From: a virus
Lineage: Duplodnaviria; Caudoviricetes
Reading direction: 5' to 3' (one strand)
DNA: 64,000 nt
Virus record (IMG/VR): IMGVR_UViG_3300042523_000723
Coordinates: 21,811 to 85,810 of that record
The translations under genes were made by a program, and so were the position numbers. Below are positions 45,090 through 54,892 of this stretch, piece after piece; position 1 is the first letter of the stretch; each line of letters begins with the position of its first letter. The notes beneath the pieces were generated by a model. That model searched no databases. It was not told the DNA's origin and saw nothing but the letters and a program-made list of their open reading frames with translations.

Positions 45090-45707
45090 TTAAATGTCCT
45101 CAAACTCGATAGTTTCTGTTCCTAATATTTTTTCTAATATTTTTTTATCATCTAAAATTTCTTTTAGATCTAAAATTGTGTAATCTGCGTCGCAATCCTT
45201 ATTATAGTGATTTATAACTTTAATCGATACTTTTTCTTTTGGTTTAGTTTCTAATGTTGTTGGATTTGCAGTGATAAGAACATCCACATGTTCCCATTTT
45301 TTATGATAATCTTTAACAAAAACAATATTATTTACCTTCGCTGAAAGTTTAGATAAAAAGAATAATGTTGCGGGTTTACTATTATTTAATTCTTTACTGA
45401 TCACAATGGGTGTATGTCCCATATCTTCTATTAGATTATGTAGTTGGTTTAGGTGTTCTACAGAATTAAGTTTTGTCTCACCTGCGTGTCCAAATATTTC
45501 TAAAGATGAATCGATATAGAGAAATCTATTAAGTTCTTCAGTACCACCACTAAATTCAAAATGTTCTAAAAGATTTAAAGTGTTAATGTCTCTCTTAGGT
45601 AATTCCTCTCCTTCTTCTAATTCCGCAAGGTAATATTTGTCATATACCGACTCAAACTTACTTATAAAATCTCTTACTACACCATCAATTGTTATTCCTA
45701 TTCTCAT
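45090..45707 (-). CDS. 5'(3')-deoxyribonucleotidase-like HAD protein with degenerate motif I
   Basis: MRIGITIDGVVRDF (TxDG instead of DxDG); DVLITAN; YNKD. Confidence 0.6.
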   Translation of the reverse strand: MRIGITIDGVVRDFISKFESVYDKYYLAELEEGEELPKRDINTLNLLEHFEFSGGTEELNRFLYIDSSLEIFGHAGETKLNSVEHLNQLHNLIEDMGHTPIVISKELNNSKPATLFFLSKLSAKVNNIVFVKDYHKKWEHVDVLITANPTTLETKPKEKVSIKVINHYNKDCDADYTILDLKEILDDKKILEKILGTETIEFEDI

Positions 45708-45753
45708 ATTTTAATTTTTATTAATAGTAGTAATATATAGTAATTAGTAAACT

Positions 45754-46509
45754 TTATTTACTGCTTTCTAAATCATCGAAGGTTGATTCGATGACCTTGA
45801 TGATTGGGTTTCTAACTACATCATCAGGATCTCTCAATGTAACAGTACCAAATCCTTCAACACCTTCAAATTTTTCAATAATGACTTCTAAAGAACTGTC
45901 AGTTCTTTTCTTAATATCTTTTTGTTTAACATCACCTAAAATAACCATCTTTGAGTTGTCACCAATTCGAGTCATTAAGGTTCTCATATTACTTACGGAT
46001 ATGTTTTGTGCCTCATCAACAATAATAATTGTGTTATCAATACTACGACCCCTAACAAAGGCTAATGGTTGGATATTAATAATACTCAACTCCCTTAATT
46101 TTCTAGTTAAACTCTCGCCAATGATCTTTTCAAAATTATCAATAAAAGATATCATATAAGGATCTAATTTTTCTGATAAATCTCCAGGTAAAAAACCTAA
46201 TTCTTCTCCGGGTAACTGTATTACAGATTTAACCAAAAGTATTTTTTTATATTTTTCTTTTGTTTTGATTAATTTTAGGGCTTCTGCACACGCAATATAT
46301 GTTTTTCCACTACCAGCCAATCCTGACGCAATAGTTATCTCATTTTCTTTTATCGATTGTACTAATTTTTTTTGGTTTTCTGTTTTACATTTAACATTAA
46401 CAAACATAGATGATAAAAATTTATCTTCTTCCATGTTTTTACTATATACGAAGGATTCGACTTCTCTAAGTTCTTCCTCTGTTAGTTTTTTATTTCGTCT
46501 TCTACTCAT
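45754..46509 (-). CDS. phoH: PhoH-family ATPase
   Basis: GLAGSGKT, LGFLPGDL, RGRSI, VDEAQN, TRIG, GDVKQKD, VVRNP. Confidence 0.93.
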   Translation of the reverse strand: MSRRRNKKLTEEELREVESFVYSKNMEEDKFLSSMFVNVKCKTENQKKLVQSIKENEITIASGLAGSGKTYIACAEALKLIKTKEKYKKILLVKSVIQLPGEELGFLPGDLSEKLDPYMISFIDNFEKIIGESLTRKLRELSIINIQPLAFVRGRSIDNTIIIVDEAQNISVSNMRTLMTRIGDNSKMVILGDVKQKDIKKRTDSSLEVIIEKFEGVEGFGTVTLRDPDDVVRNPIIKVIESTFDDLESSK

Positions 46510-46545
46510 ATATTTAATTTACCATATTTTTATAAAAATTAAAGT

Positions 46546-47457
46546 TTATTTTCTAATATTTTCGTAATTAGATTCAAACCACTCTATTGTTTCTTTTAAC
46601 CCATCATATAGTGGAGTGAATTTAAAATCGGGTAAATAGTTTTTAATTTTAGAATTATCTGATGGTTTTCTAAATTGACCATCAGGTTTGTTAGTATCCC
46701 ACTTTACCTCACCTTTGAAGTTCATTAGTTCTACAATCAATCCTACAACGTCTTTAATTGATACTTCATCAGAAGTCGATAATATAATCGGTTCATCTTC
46801 ATTATAATTTTCTAAAACCCATTCAGTTAATTTAACCACATCTTTATTGTAAATAAACTCTCTAAGTGGTATCCCACTACCCCATATAGTTAATGGTGTA
46901 TTAGTTTCTCTCGCAATATAACATTTATGTATTAAAGAAGGTACGACATGACCATTCTCTATATCAAAATTATCATTAATTCCATATATATTAGTAGGTA
47001 TAACCGATTTGTAATTTAACCCATATTGTTCTCTGTATGACTTGATTTGAATATCTGCCATACGTTTTGCATATGCATAAGCGTCATTACTAAAATGTGG
47101 TGGACCTAGATGTATCTTTTTTTCAGTTAGTGGGTATTCCACATTATTTGGGAAGACACAAGTAGACAAAAACACTACTAAGTCTTCTACATTATTTTTT
47201 CTACATTCTTCTATTACATTTGTATTCATCATAATATTTTGGTAGAAAAAATCACCTTTATGTTTCATGTTACCCATAACACCACCTACCTTACCCGCAC
47301 AATGTATTACCGACTTAGGTTTATTGGTACTTATCATTATATGAGTTGATATGGGATCTATTAGATTGTAATCTTTAGAACCAAACTTTATATAGTTGGA
47401 ACCTATAAATTGTGATCCGACTAAACCATTTCCGCCAGTAACTAAAATCTTAGACAT
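46546..47457 (-). CDS. fcl: GDP-L-fucose synthase
   Basis: VTGGNGLVG, AGKVGG, STCVFP, YAYAK, PTNIYG, HVVPSLI, WGSG..REF, KPDG. Confidence 0.93.
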   Translation of the reverse strand: MSKILVTGGNGLVGSQFIGSNYIKFGSKDYNLIDPISTHIMISTNKPKSVIHCAGKVGGVMGNMKHKGDFFYQNIMMNTNVIEECRKNNVEDLVVFLSTCVFPNNVEYPLTEKKIHLGPPHFSNDAYAYAKRMADIQIKSYREQYGLNYKSVIPTNIYGINDNFDIENGHVVPSLIHKCYIARETNTPLTIWGSGIPLREFIYNKDVVKLTEWVLENYNEDEPIILSTSDEVSIKDVVGLIVELMNFKGEVKWDTNKPDGQFRKPSDNSKIKNYLPDFKFTPLYDGLKETIEWFESNYENIRK

Positions 47458-48445
47458 ATATAATATTTTTTTCATTATAATATGTTAACCAATACGATAT
47501 CATTTCATCTAACATAGTTTCGAAAGTATATTCAGTTACCCACCCTAATTCTTCCCTTAATTTTGTAGAGTCCCCTTTTAAGTTTTCTAATTCCTCAGGT
47601 CTCATATGTTTTTCATCAACTATAATGTAATCTTTATAATCTAAACCTAATTTTTTAAAGGTGTATTCACATAAATCGCTAACTGAGTGTGACACACCTG
47701 TTGCGCATACATAATCTGTCGGATTATCTGTTTGCAACATCATCCACATTGCTTTAACGTAGTCTTTAGCATGACCCCAATCCCTAGTAGCGGATAGATT
47801 ACCTAACGATAGTTTTTCTTGTAACCCTAACTTAATTTTAACTGCTGCCTTAACAACTTTATTTGTTACGAAATTAGTACCCCTACGAGGAGATTCGTGA
47901 TTAAATAGAATACCGTTCCATATTTTCATACCATAAGAATTTCTATAATTTCTACAGATATTATATGAAAATACTTTTGCACACCCATATGGGGATACTG
48001 GATTCATAGGTGTGGTTTCTCTTTGGTATCCATCGGAATCAATGGAATTTCCAAACATTTCAGATGAAGATGCCTGATAAATTTTCGAATGTGGGGATAC
48101 CATTCTTATCACCTCTAAAAGATTAAGTGTGCCCACACCAGTAACATTTGCAGTACATATTGGTTGATCGAAACTAATTCTAACGTGTGATTGTGCTGCC
48201 AAATTATAAACTTCATCTGGTTGTACTTTAGATAAAATTCTAATTAACGATGCCATATCCGTTAAATCCGCATACTCTAAATTTATTAAATTACCATCTC
48301 TTAAAGATTCAATTCTCGATGATTGTGTTTCAGATACTGAGTTTCTTTTCACAGTTCCCCAAACCTCATATCCCTTTTCTAAAAGAAATTCTGCCAAATA
48401 TGAACCATCTTGCCCATTAATTCCAGTTATAAGTGCTTTTTTCAT
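47450..48445 (-). CDS. gmd: GDP-mannose 4,6-dehydratase
   Basis: ITGINGQDGSYLAE, NLAAQSHV, YQASSSEMFG, SPYGCAK, FNHESPRRG, RDWGHAKDYV. Confidence 0.96.
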   Translation of the reverse strand: MKKALITGINGQDGSYLAEFLLEKGYEVWGTVKRNSVSETQSSRIESLRDGNLINLEYADLTDMASLIRILSKVQPDEVYNLAAQSHVRISFDQPICTANVTGVGTLNLLEVIRMVSPHSKIYQASSSEMFGNSIDSDGYQRETTPMNPVSPYGCAKVFSYNICRNYRNSYGMKIWNGILFNHESPRRGTNFVTNKVVKAAVKIKLGLQEKLSLGNLSATRDWGHAKDYVKAMWMMLQTDNPTDYVCATGVSHSVSDLCEYTFKKLGLDYKDYIIVDEKHMRPEELENLKGDSTKLREELGWVTEYTFETMLDEMISYWLTYYNEKNIIYV

Positions 48446-48457
48446 TTTTTATATTTT

Positions 48458-50011
48458 TTATTTTTTATTAAAATATTCGTTCCAATAATTATATGTTTTA
48501 TAATCATCAGGTGTTCCCCAACAAATATAATCCTCAACCTCAAAAACTTTTACTGTTAATCCCATATCTATATTTTGATTTAAAACATCATCAACATAAA
48601 ATTCGTTATTAGTTCTAATATTTTTTTCTTTATTATTTTTTAAACCATTTAAAAAATATTTTGCCTTCCTAAAAAACATTGTGCCTACTATTGCGTGAGT
48701 TGTTAATGGATCATCATAAATGAAATTTTTACACGAAACATGCCTAATGTTATCATCGTCATCAACATCCAACCAAGCATAACTATTCGGATTAAGTTTA
48801 CTTGTTTGATTGTTTCTAAATGACCAAACTAAAACATCAATACTTTCATCGAATAACATTTCTTGACATTTTTCTACATTATAATATATACCATTATCAC
48901 ATGCAGATATTAAAATAGGGTTTTCAGGGTTAATAGTACCCATACCTAATTCACAAGTACAGGCTTGTCCTTCGGTAACATAGTCTAATTCAACTACTGA
49001 ATGATTCGAATAGTATTTTTTTATAATTGAGTTTATGTCAAAGTTATCTGTATGTTCTTTCCTAACAATAAAAATATTATTTTCACAAGTAGGTAAATCT
49101 TCTACCGCTTTTATTACCATAGGTTTATCTTCTACATCTATAAATGGTTTTGGGGTTAGGTAACCTTCTTTATAGAATCTATTTCCATTACCCGCCATAG
49201 GTAAAATTAATGTAGTATTATTAGGTGTTTTTATCTTTTTCATTTTTTCTTTTTTGAAAAAATTTGACCAAGATTTATAAATTTCTAAATCATAAGGTGT
49301 ACCCCATTGTAACATTTTTTGAATCTCAAAAATACTTACTTTTAAACCATCTTTAATTAATAAATTATATACTAAACTTACATAATATTCACCATTAATA
49401 TTTATATCTAAATCGATTAAAATTTTAAAATATTTTTTTAATAACTTACCACTTTTAAAATAATATGTACCATTAGATGCATATTCATTCATTTTGTTTT
49501 TAGTAAAAGATTCTTTTTCTTTTATTTGTTCTAAAAACATATTTTTTTCTTTACAAAATGCATAATTATCACCACCCAACATATGGGGGTGAAATCCCTT
49601 ATAACATGCCATTGCACCATCAGAATTTTTTATTCTTACATCATCTAAAAATTGATTATAATCCCAAACAGTACCATAATCACAATAACTAACAATTACG
49701 TCTCTATTATCATCTATTGAATCGAATATTTGATAAACCGCATCCACAGGACCTTTTCTATTTTCATTTGGTACGGTGAAAATTTTACAGTTCGGAGAAA
49801 TATTTTTTAGTGTCTGTAATATATTAGTCTCATCAATATGTTTTTGATTACAAATAAATATAACATCATCTGGCCTATTAAACAAATTAACTACATGTTC
49901 AATTATTGGTAAGTTATCTACTATTATTAAAGGTTTTGGATTCACATAACCTGCATCTATAAATCTTTTACCCATTCCTGACATAGGAATAATTATTTGT
50001 GGTTTTTTCAT
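48458..50011 (-). CDS. tandem two-domain sugar nucleotidyltransferase (BcbE-like)
   Basis: Two copies of IPM(S/A)G.G.RF...GY..PKP, E(Y/F)YV and WGTP.D. Confidence 0.8.
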   Translation of the reverse strand: MKKPQIIIPMSGMGKRFIDAGYVNPKPLIIVDNLPIIEHVVNLFNRPDDVIFICNQKHIDETNILQTLKNISPNCKIFTVPNENRKGPVDAVYQIFDSIDDNRDVIVSYCDYGTVWDYNQFLDDVRIKNSDGAMACYKGFHPHMLGGDNYAFCKEKNMFLEQIKEKESFTKNKMNEYASNGTYYFKSGKLLKKYFKILIDLDININGEYYVSLVYNLLIKDGLKVSIFEIQKMLQWGTPYDLEIYKSWSNFFKKEKMKKIKTPNNTTLILPMAGNGNRFYKEGYLTPKPFIDVEDKPMVIKAVEDLPTCENNIFIVRKEHTDNFDINSIIKKYYSNHSVVELDYVTEGQACTCELGMGTINPENPILISACDNGIYYNVEKCQEMLFDESIDVLVWSFRNNQTSKLNPNSYAWLDVDDDDNIRHVSCKNFIYDDPLTTHAIVGTMFFRKAKYFLNGLKNNKEKNIRTNNEFYVDDVLNQNIDMGLTVKVFEVEDYICWGTPDDYKTYNYWNEYFNKK

Positions 50012-50487
50012 GGGTGTAATCCTTTAGTTTTTAAATTATACTCACAGTAAGTAATATAATCGGTACAAACACCGTATGGTATTTTATTTTTAAATTTGTT
50101 TATATCATCTATATTTAATAATGGTATTATTGTTCTTTCACAAATATTTAAATTTAGATTGTGAACCCATATTAAATTATTACTGGTTAAAACGTAAGGA
50201 TCAGAATTGTGACAAAAATATATAAAATTATTTTTATTTTCACTTAATTGTATTGCAGAATCTAAATCTTTACAATGTAACCATAGTTTAGATTTTCTTT
50301 TTTCTAACCATAATTCACTAACCACATAATCTGGATTATCGTGACCTAAATAAAATTTATTATCAATGAATCTTATATCCACCTCGACATCATAACCACT
50401 AGATAGGGCAATATCAATATATGACGGTGAATTTTCTTTATTAGGTAATGGTTCTTTTATGTTTCCTCTATGTGAAATTAATTTCAT
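50008..50487 (-). CDS. GDPD/PLC-like phosphodiesterase-fold protein
   Basis: ISHRGN...EN...DVEVD...LGHD...WLHCK...GVCTD. Confidence 0.75.
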   Translation of the reverse strand: MKLISHRGNIKEPLPNKENSPSYIDIALSSGYDVEVDIRFIDNKFYLGHDNPDYVVSELWLEKRKSKLWLHCKDLDSAIQLSENKNNFIYFCHNSDPYVLTSNNLIWVHNLNLNICERTIIPLLNIDDINKFKNKIPYGVCTDYITYCEYNLKTKGLHP

Positions 50488-50777
50488 ATCTCTTCAATTC
50501 TTAAAGTTTTATCATCTATAAATAAATCGTAATACGGTTTGTCAACAAATAATTCATGATATTTTACCCCCCACTCATCTAATTGTTTTTTTGTTAAATC
50601 ATACCAATTTATTTTAGTTCTACTACCTCTAGCCGTCCAATAAACAATAGTATTACCTTCATCGTAAAGTTTGTTTATTTTATCTATATTTTCTTTTATA
50701 GGTTGAGCATTAAAATAATTTCTAGGGTGAGGTGTTTCACATATGGTTTCATCAATGTCTACATATATAACTTTCAT
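50484..50777 (-). CDS. HAD phosphatase (capsule-biosynthesis BcbF-like)
   Basis: YVDIDETIC, WTARG, KP..DLFIDDK. Confidence 0.8.
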   Translation of the reverse strand: MKVIYVDIDETICETPHPRNYFNAQPIKENIDKINKLYDEGNTIVYWTARGSRTKINWYDLTKKQLDEWGVKYHELFVDKPYYDLFIDDKTLRIEEI

Positions 50778-51439
50778 ATTAAAGATTTTCTATATTTTTC
50801 GTTTTCATCATTTATTAATTTATTAATATCTAAGTCAGACAAATAAGTCATATTCATTTTATCTACTCCTGATAAAAAAATTTCTGCAGATTTTTCACAA
50901 ATTTCTGTTGCAACTACACATTCTTCTATTGTCTTTCCACAAGTTATAATACCATGATTTTTTAATAGTATAAGTTTAGGAAAAAATTTTTCACTTTCAA
51001 TAAATTTATTAACTATATCTTCTATATGTTTAAATAATTCTTCTCCAGGATTTGCATATGGTATGACACACGATTTTTTATCATTAAATATTACTTGATC
51101 AGGAAACAACCTGTAAACAGAAAAATCATAAATATTGTCTGAACAAAGTATCTTTAGTGTATTTGTTGGGTGAGTATGACACACATAATTTATTTCCACA
51201 TGTTTAAGTAAAAATCTATGAAAATTTAATTCCATACTACCTTTTTTACCTAAATTATCTTTTTGGTTACCCAAAAAATCATAACAAACTATATCGTCAT
51301 CAGTTAAATTGTTTAAAAATGAACCACTACTTTTTATGAAAAATAAGTCTCCTTCTTTTTTTGATATATTCCCCTCTGCACCAACGACAAATTTTTCAAT
51401 CTTTTTACCTAATAATTTAAGGTCTTTATGTTTATCCAT
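50774..51439 (-). CDS. class II aldolase/epimerase family protein
   Basis: EGNIS, IKSSG, SMEL.FH, HTHP, LKNHG. Confidence 0.85.
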   Translation of the reverse strand: MDKHKDLKLLGKKIEKFVVGAEGNISKKEGDLFFIKSSGSFLNNLTDDDIVCYDFLGNQKDNLGKKGSMELNFHRFLLKHVEINYVCHTHPTNTLKILCSDNIYDFSVYRLFPDQVIFNDKKSCVIPYANPGEELFKHIEDIVNKFIESEKFFPKLILLKNHGIITCGKTIEECVVATEICEKSAEIFLSGVDKMNMTYLSDLDINKLINDENEKYRKSLI

Positions 51440-51531
51440 ATTAAATGATTTACAACAAAATTAAGTATTTTTTTTAAAAAATAAATAGTATTTTGTCTTT
51501 ATATTTTGTCATAATTCAGTATTTTTGTTAA

Positions 51532-52758
51532 ATGAAAATATATAAATTAGATGAGATAAAAGAATTTACTAACATTCTAAAAAAAGATAAAAACGGTAGG
51601 GTTATTAATCTGTACAATTTGAGTGAGTGTCAATTTAATACTGATAAAACATTCTATCCTGATGTGTCTATTTATTCTTATAAAAATAAAAAACACTTTA
51701 ACCCAATAAACGAAATAGTATTATCACTAGAGAAACAAAGTATAAAAAAAAATACAAATTTAACCGTAAAAAAATATAAATATAATGAAGTAAATCCAGT
51801 ATTTTATTTCATATATAATACAGAAAATTATTTCCATTTTATTTACGATACTTTACCTTATTTAATTACATTTAAAAAATTAAAAGATACTACACCTGAT
51901 ATTAAATTATTAGTGAATTACCCTAATCAACAAACAAAACATATATATAAATTCGTTTTAGAATTTTTAAGTTTAGTTGGTATTAATTTAGAAGATTTAA
52001 TATTTGTAAATGATGAAACAGTTTATGAAAATATATTTATTTCTTCTTCTTACACTCACAATGAAAATTCTAATCTACCTCCAAGAGAAGAAGTATATGG
52101 TTTTTTTAGATATATAGTTAATTCTAATTTAAGTCATTTTAAAAATGATACCCCTAAAAAGATTTATATTTCGAGAAGAAGTTGGGTACATAACGATTAT
52201 TCTAACATAGGGACTAATTATACTGCAAAAAGAAAAATGTGTAATGAGGATGAATTAGTAAATTTATTAGAAAAAATGGGGTATGTAGAAATTTTTACTG
52301 AAAATTTAAACACTATAGAAAAATTAAATTTATTTTTTAACGCAGAAAGTGTTATTGGGGCGATCGGTGGTGGATTGTGTAATGTTTTATTTTCTAAAGA
52401 AGACACTAAGTTGTTAACAATAGTATCCCCAACATTTTTAGATGTCAATTATAGATTTAAATATTCCTTAGATGGGGTATCAAACAATTACTTTTACAAT
52501 ACTACCCATACTGAGGATAGTGAATTTAAAAGTAATATGAGAGTTGAGTGTGAAGAATTATCTATTGTTGGTGAGGTGTCTAAAATCGATGGGGATATGT
52601 TATCAATAATTTATTCTGATAATTTAGTGGCTGGTTGGAACAACCAAATAAATTTTAAAAAAACTACAGTTAATTCTAAAAGTTGTAAGAAATTAGATGA
52701 AGGATTAAATTCACCATTTTTAATAGATTTAGAAAAAATTAAAAGTTTAATTTTTTAA
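51532..52758 (+). CDS. GT61 (DUF563) glycosyltransferase
   Basis: NYFHFIYD, KKIYISR, R...NEDEL, IGAIGGGLCN. Confidence 0.75.
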   Translation: MKIYKLDEIKEFTNILKKDKNGRVINLYNLSECQFNTDKTFYPDVSIYSYKNKKHFNPINEIVLSLEKQSIKKNTNLTVKKYKYNEVNPVFYFIYNTENYFHFIYDTLPYLITFKKLKDTTPDIKLLVNYPNQQTKHIYKFVLEFLSLVGINLEDLIFVNDETVYENIFISSSYTHNENSNLPPREEVYGFFRYIVNSNLSHFKNDTPKKIYISRRSWVHNDYSNIGTNYTAKRKMCNEDELVNLLEKMGYVEIFTENLNTIEKLNLFFNAESVIGAIGGGLCNVLFSKEDTKLLTIVSPTFLDVNYRFKYSLDGVSNNYFYNTTHTEDSEFKSNMRVECEELSIVGEVSKIDGDMLSIIYSDNLVAGWNNQINFKKTTVNSKSCKKLDEGLNSPFLIDLEKIKSLIF

Positions 52759-54169
52759 GGCGCATTATAATAAATATAATATAATCATAAAAATTGTTTA
52801 ATTTAGGGATATCTAAATTTATGTCAACATACTTTTTAAAATCTAACGTATAAAAATTATTTTCGACACTAACTTCTATTGAAACTTTCAGATTTTTTAA
52901 ATCCTCTACTATTGACTTTATATCAAAATTAGATTTTAATAATAACCTTAAAGAAATATTTTTATCCTCAAAATTATTTCCATTTAAATTTTCGTAATAA
53001 AAATTTATAATTAAGTCTGATTTTTCTCTCTGGGGATAAATATATTCATAATAATCTTTTCTTCTACTTTCTATTTGTTTTAAAGATTTTTCTAAAGTAT
53101 AACCCCTTTCTTTTGTGTCCCTTTTAATCTTCCAATAGTTCTTTAACTTTTCTTCAGTGTCTATATAAATTTTTAAATCATAAATATTTTCATCATTAGT
53201 ATATAAACTATGTAAACCACACACAATAATATTATCTGTCGGTTCTACAGTTTGTTTGTCTGTAAATTTACCAGTGGAATGATCATAATCTACATGATAA
53301 ATTTCTTTACCAATCTTTAAATCAAATATATCTGAGTTCATTTTAGTAATTAAGTTAGCCTCAGGATTTAAATGAGTATATTTTTCCCAATTTGAGTCAC
53401 CTCTTTCCCATTTATGGTATCTGTCACATTCTAATAAAAATGAATTAGAAAAATATTTTTTAAGGGTGTTTGCCAATGTAGTTTTACCAGATCCTGAATC
53501 TCCCGCAATTGAGAATACGTTACATTTAGATAGAATTACATTATAATCTAAATCTATTAATTCATATTTTATATTATTATCATTTAAATAATGATAAATT
53601 AGTGTTTCAGGTACATTACCATATTTTTCAATTAAGTTGTCTAAATGATTGTAAATACCAAAATAGGTATCCATAATTTTTGATGATCCGTAAGCAAAAA
53701 TATCACATAAAAATTTATCATCTTTCTTATTTAGTTTACTTATATCGATTTTACTGTCTTTTGGTATATAAATTACATCTTCATCTATTTTTTTAAAAAT
53801 ATCATCTGATAAAATATTTAAATCTGGTCTATATTTAATTACAACATCGTATTTCTGATTTGTTTCATTTAAACTTTTTAGTGTATTTAATTTATAAAAT
53901 TTTAACCAAGAGTTTTTTACGTCGTTAGTCTTTTTATCTGAATTAATTTCATAATTTGGTTCGTGTAGAATAACAGGATTTAATTTATTTATTAAAGAAT
54001 TAATTAAATCCTCCGTATAATTTAAATATTTGTCATCACTTTCTTCATTTTTTGTTATATGGATATACACGTCAACATTATCAAACCTATTAATGATATT
54101 TGATTTGATATTTTCTATGTTTAACTCAAAACTTCTTAAATAACCTGAAATGATTAATGCAACATTCAT
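52739..54169 (-). CDS. fusion of N-terminal GT-like domain and phosphoribulokinase/uridine-kinase domain
   Basis: ALIISGYLRSF...YRPD...DIFAYG; IAGDSGSGKTT, DRYHKWER, HLNPEAN, YDHSTGKF, WKIKRD..ERG. Confidence 0.8.
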   Translation of the reverse strand: MNVALIISGYLRSFELNIENIKSNIINRFDNVDVYIHITKNEESDDKYLNYTEDLINSLINKLNPVILHEPNYEINSDKKTNDVKNSWLKFYKLNTLKSLNETNQKYDVVIKYRPDLNILSDDIFKKIDEDVIYIPKDSKIDISKLNKKDDKFLCDIFAYGSSKIMDTYFGIYNHLDNLIEKYGNVPETLIYHYLNDNNIKYELIDLDYNVILSKCNVFSIAGDSGSGKTTLANTLKKYFSNSFLLECDRYHKWERGDSNWEKYTHLNPEANLITKMNSDIFDLKIGKEIYHVDYDHSTGKFTDKQTVEPTDNIIVCGLHSLYTNDENIYDLKIYIDTEEKLKNYWKIKRDTKERGYTLEKSLKQIESRRKDYYEYIYPQREKSDLIINFYYENLNGNNFEDKNISLRLLLKSNFDIKSIVEDLKNLKVSIEVSVENNFYTLDFKKYVDINLDIPKLNNFYDYIIFIIMRLKKLNF

Positions 54170-54172
54170 TAA

Positions 54173-54892
54173 TTATATATTTTTTATTTTGTTATATAAT
54201 ATTTCTATTAATTCTAAACTTATGTTTAGATGATGATTTTCCCCTTCTATTCTAAACTTATCTTTTATAATATCATTTTCAGTAATATCATCCCATATAT
54301 TAATAAATTTAAAATTATTGATCTCACACATTTTTTCTAATTTAGAATTAAAATATTTATGATTTCGATTACGTATTTCGTTTGAATCATTATATATGTG
54401 TTGGTAATCTATAAAATTTATGGATTCATCTAATTCTCCAGTTTCATTAAAGTTATTAGTTACGTGTGAAATATTATCTTTGAAATTAACATTAAAATTA
54501 TATTCAATGTTATTCACAGTACAAGGATTAATCCCACTAACAATAAAATCATTTTCATAACCCAATAAAAACTCCTCATATTTTTTAATTAAATCGTCAA
54601 AAAAATAATCTAAAGAAATTTTTTCATTCTGTAATACTGATTTATAATAATAACCAAATTCAACATCACATTGTCCTATCACAAATAAAGTTTTTTGTCT
54701 TTCATTAAAATCAAAATTTTTTATTCTTTCCAATAAACCTAATGTTGATTTTTTTTTTAATAACCCCTTTATACTTGCACCAGGGGCATTTAACAAAATA
54801 ATATTATTTATGTCTTTATATGATTTTAAATTGTCAAAACCATATTGAGATGTGTGCGAATCTCCAATAACAACTAATTCATCTATATTCAT
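54173..54892 (-). CDS. SGNH/GDSL-like hydrolase or acyltransferase
   Basis: IGDSH, GAS, GQCD, C-terminal HH. Confidence 0.6.
   Translation of the reverse strand: MNIDELVVIGDSHTSQYGFDNLKSYKDINNIILLNAPGASIKGLLKKKSTLGLLERIKNFDFNERQKTLFVIGQCDVEFGYYYKSVLQNEKISLDYFFDDLIKKYEEFLLGYENDFIVSGINPCTVNNIEYNFNVNFKDNISHVTNNFNETGELDESINFIDYQHIYNDSNEIRNRNHKYFNSKLEKMCEINNFKFINIWDDITENDIIKDKFRIEGENHHLNISLELIEILYNKIKNI

Noticed and set aside
52739-54169. Calvin-cycle auxiliary gene (prk)
   Set aside because: Fused to a GT-like domain inside a glycan island with no carbon-fixation context.
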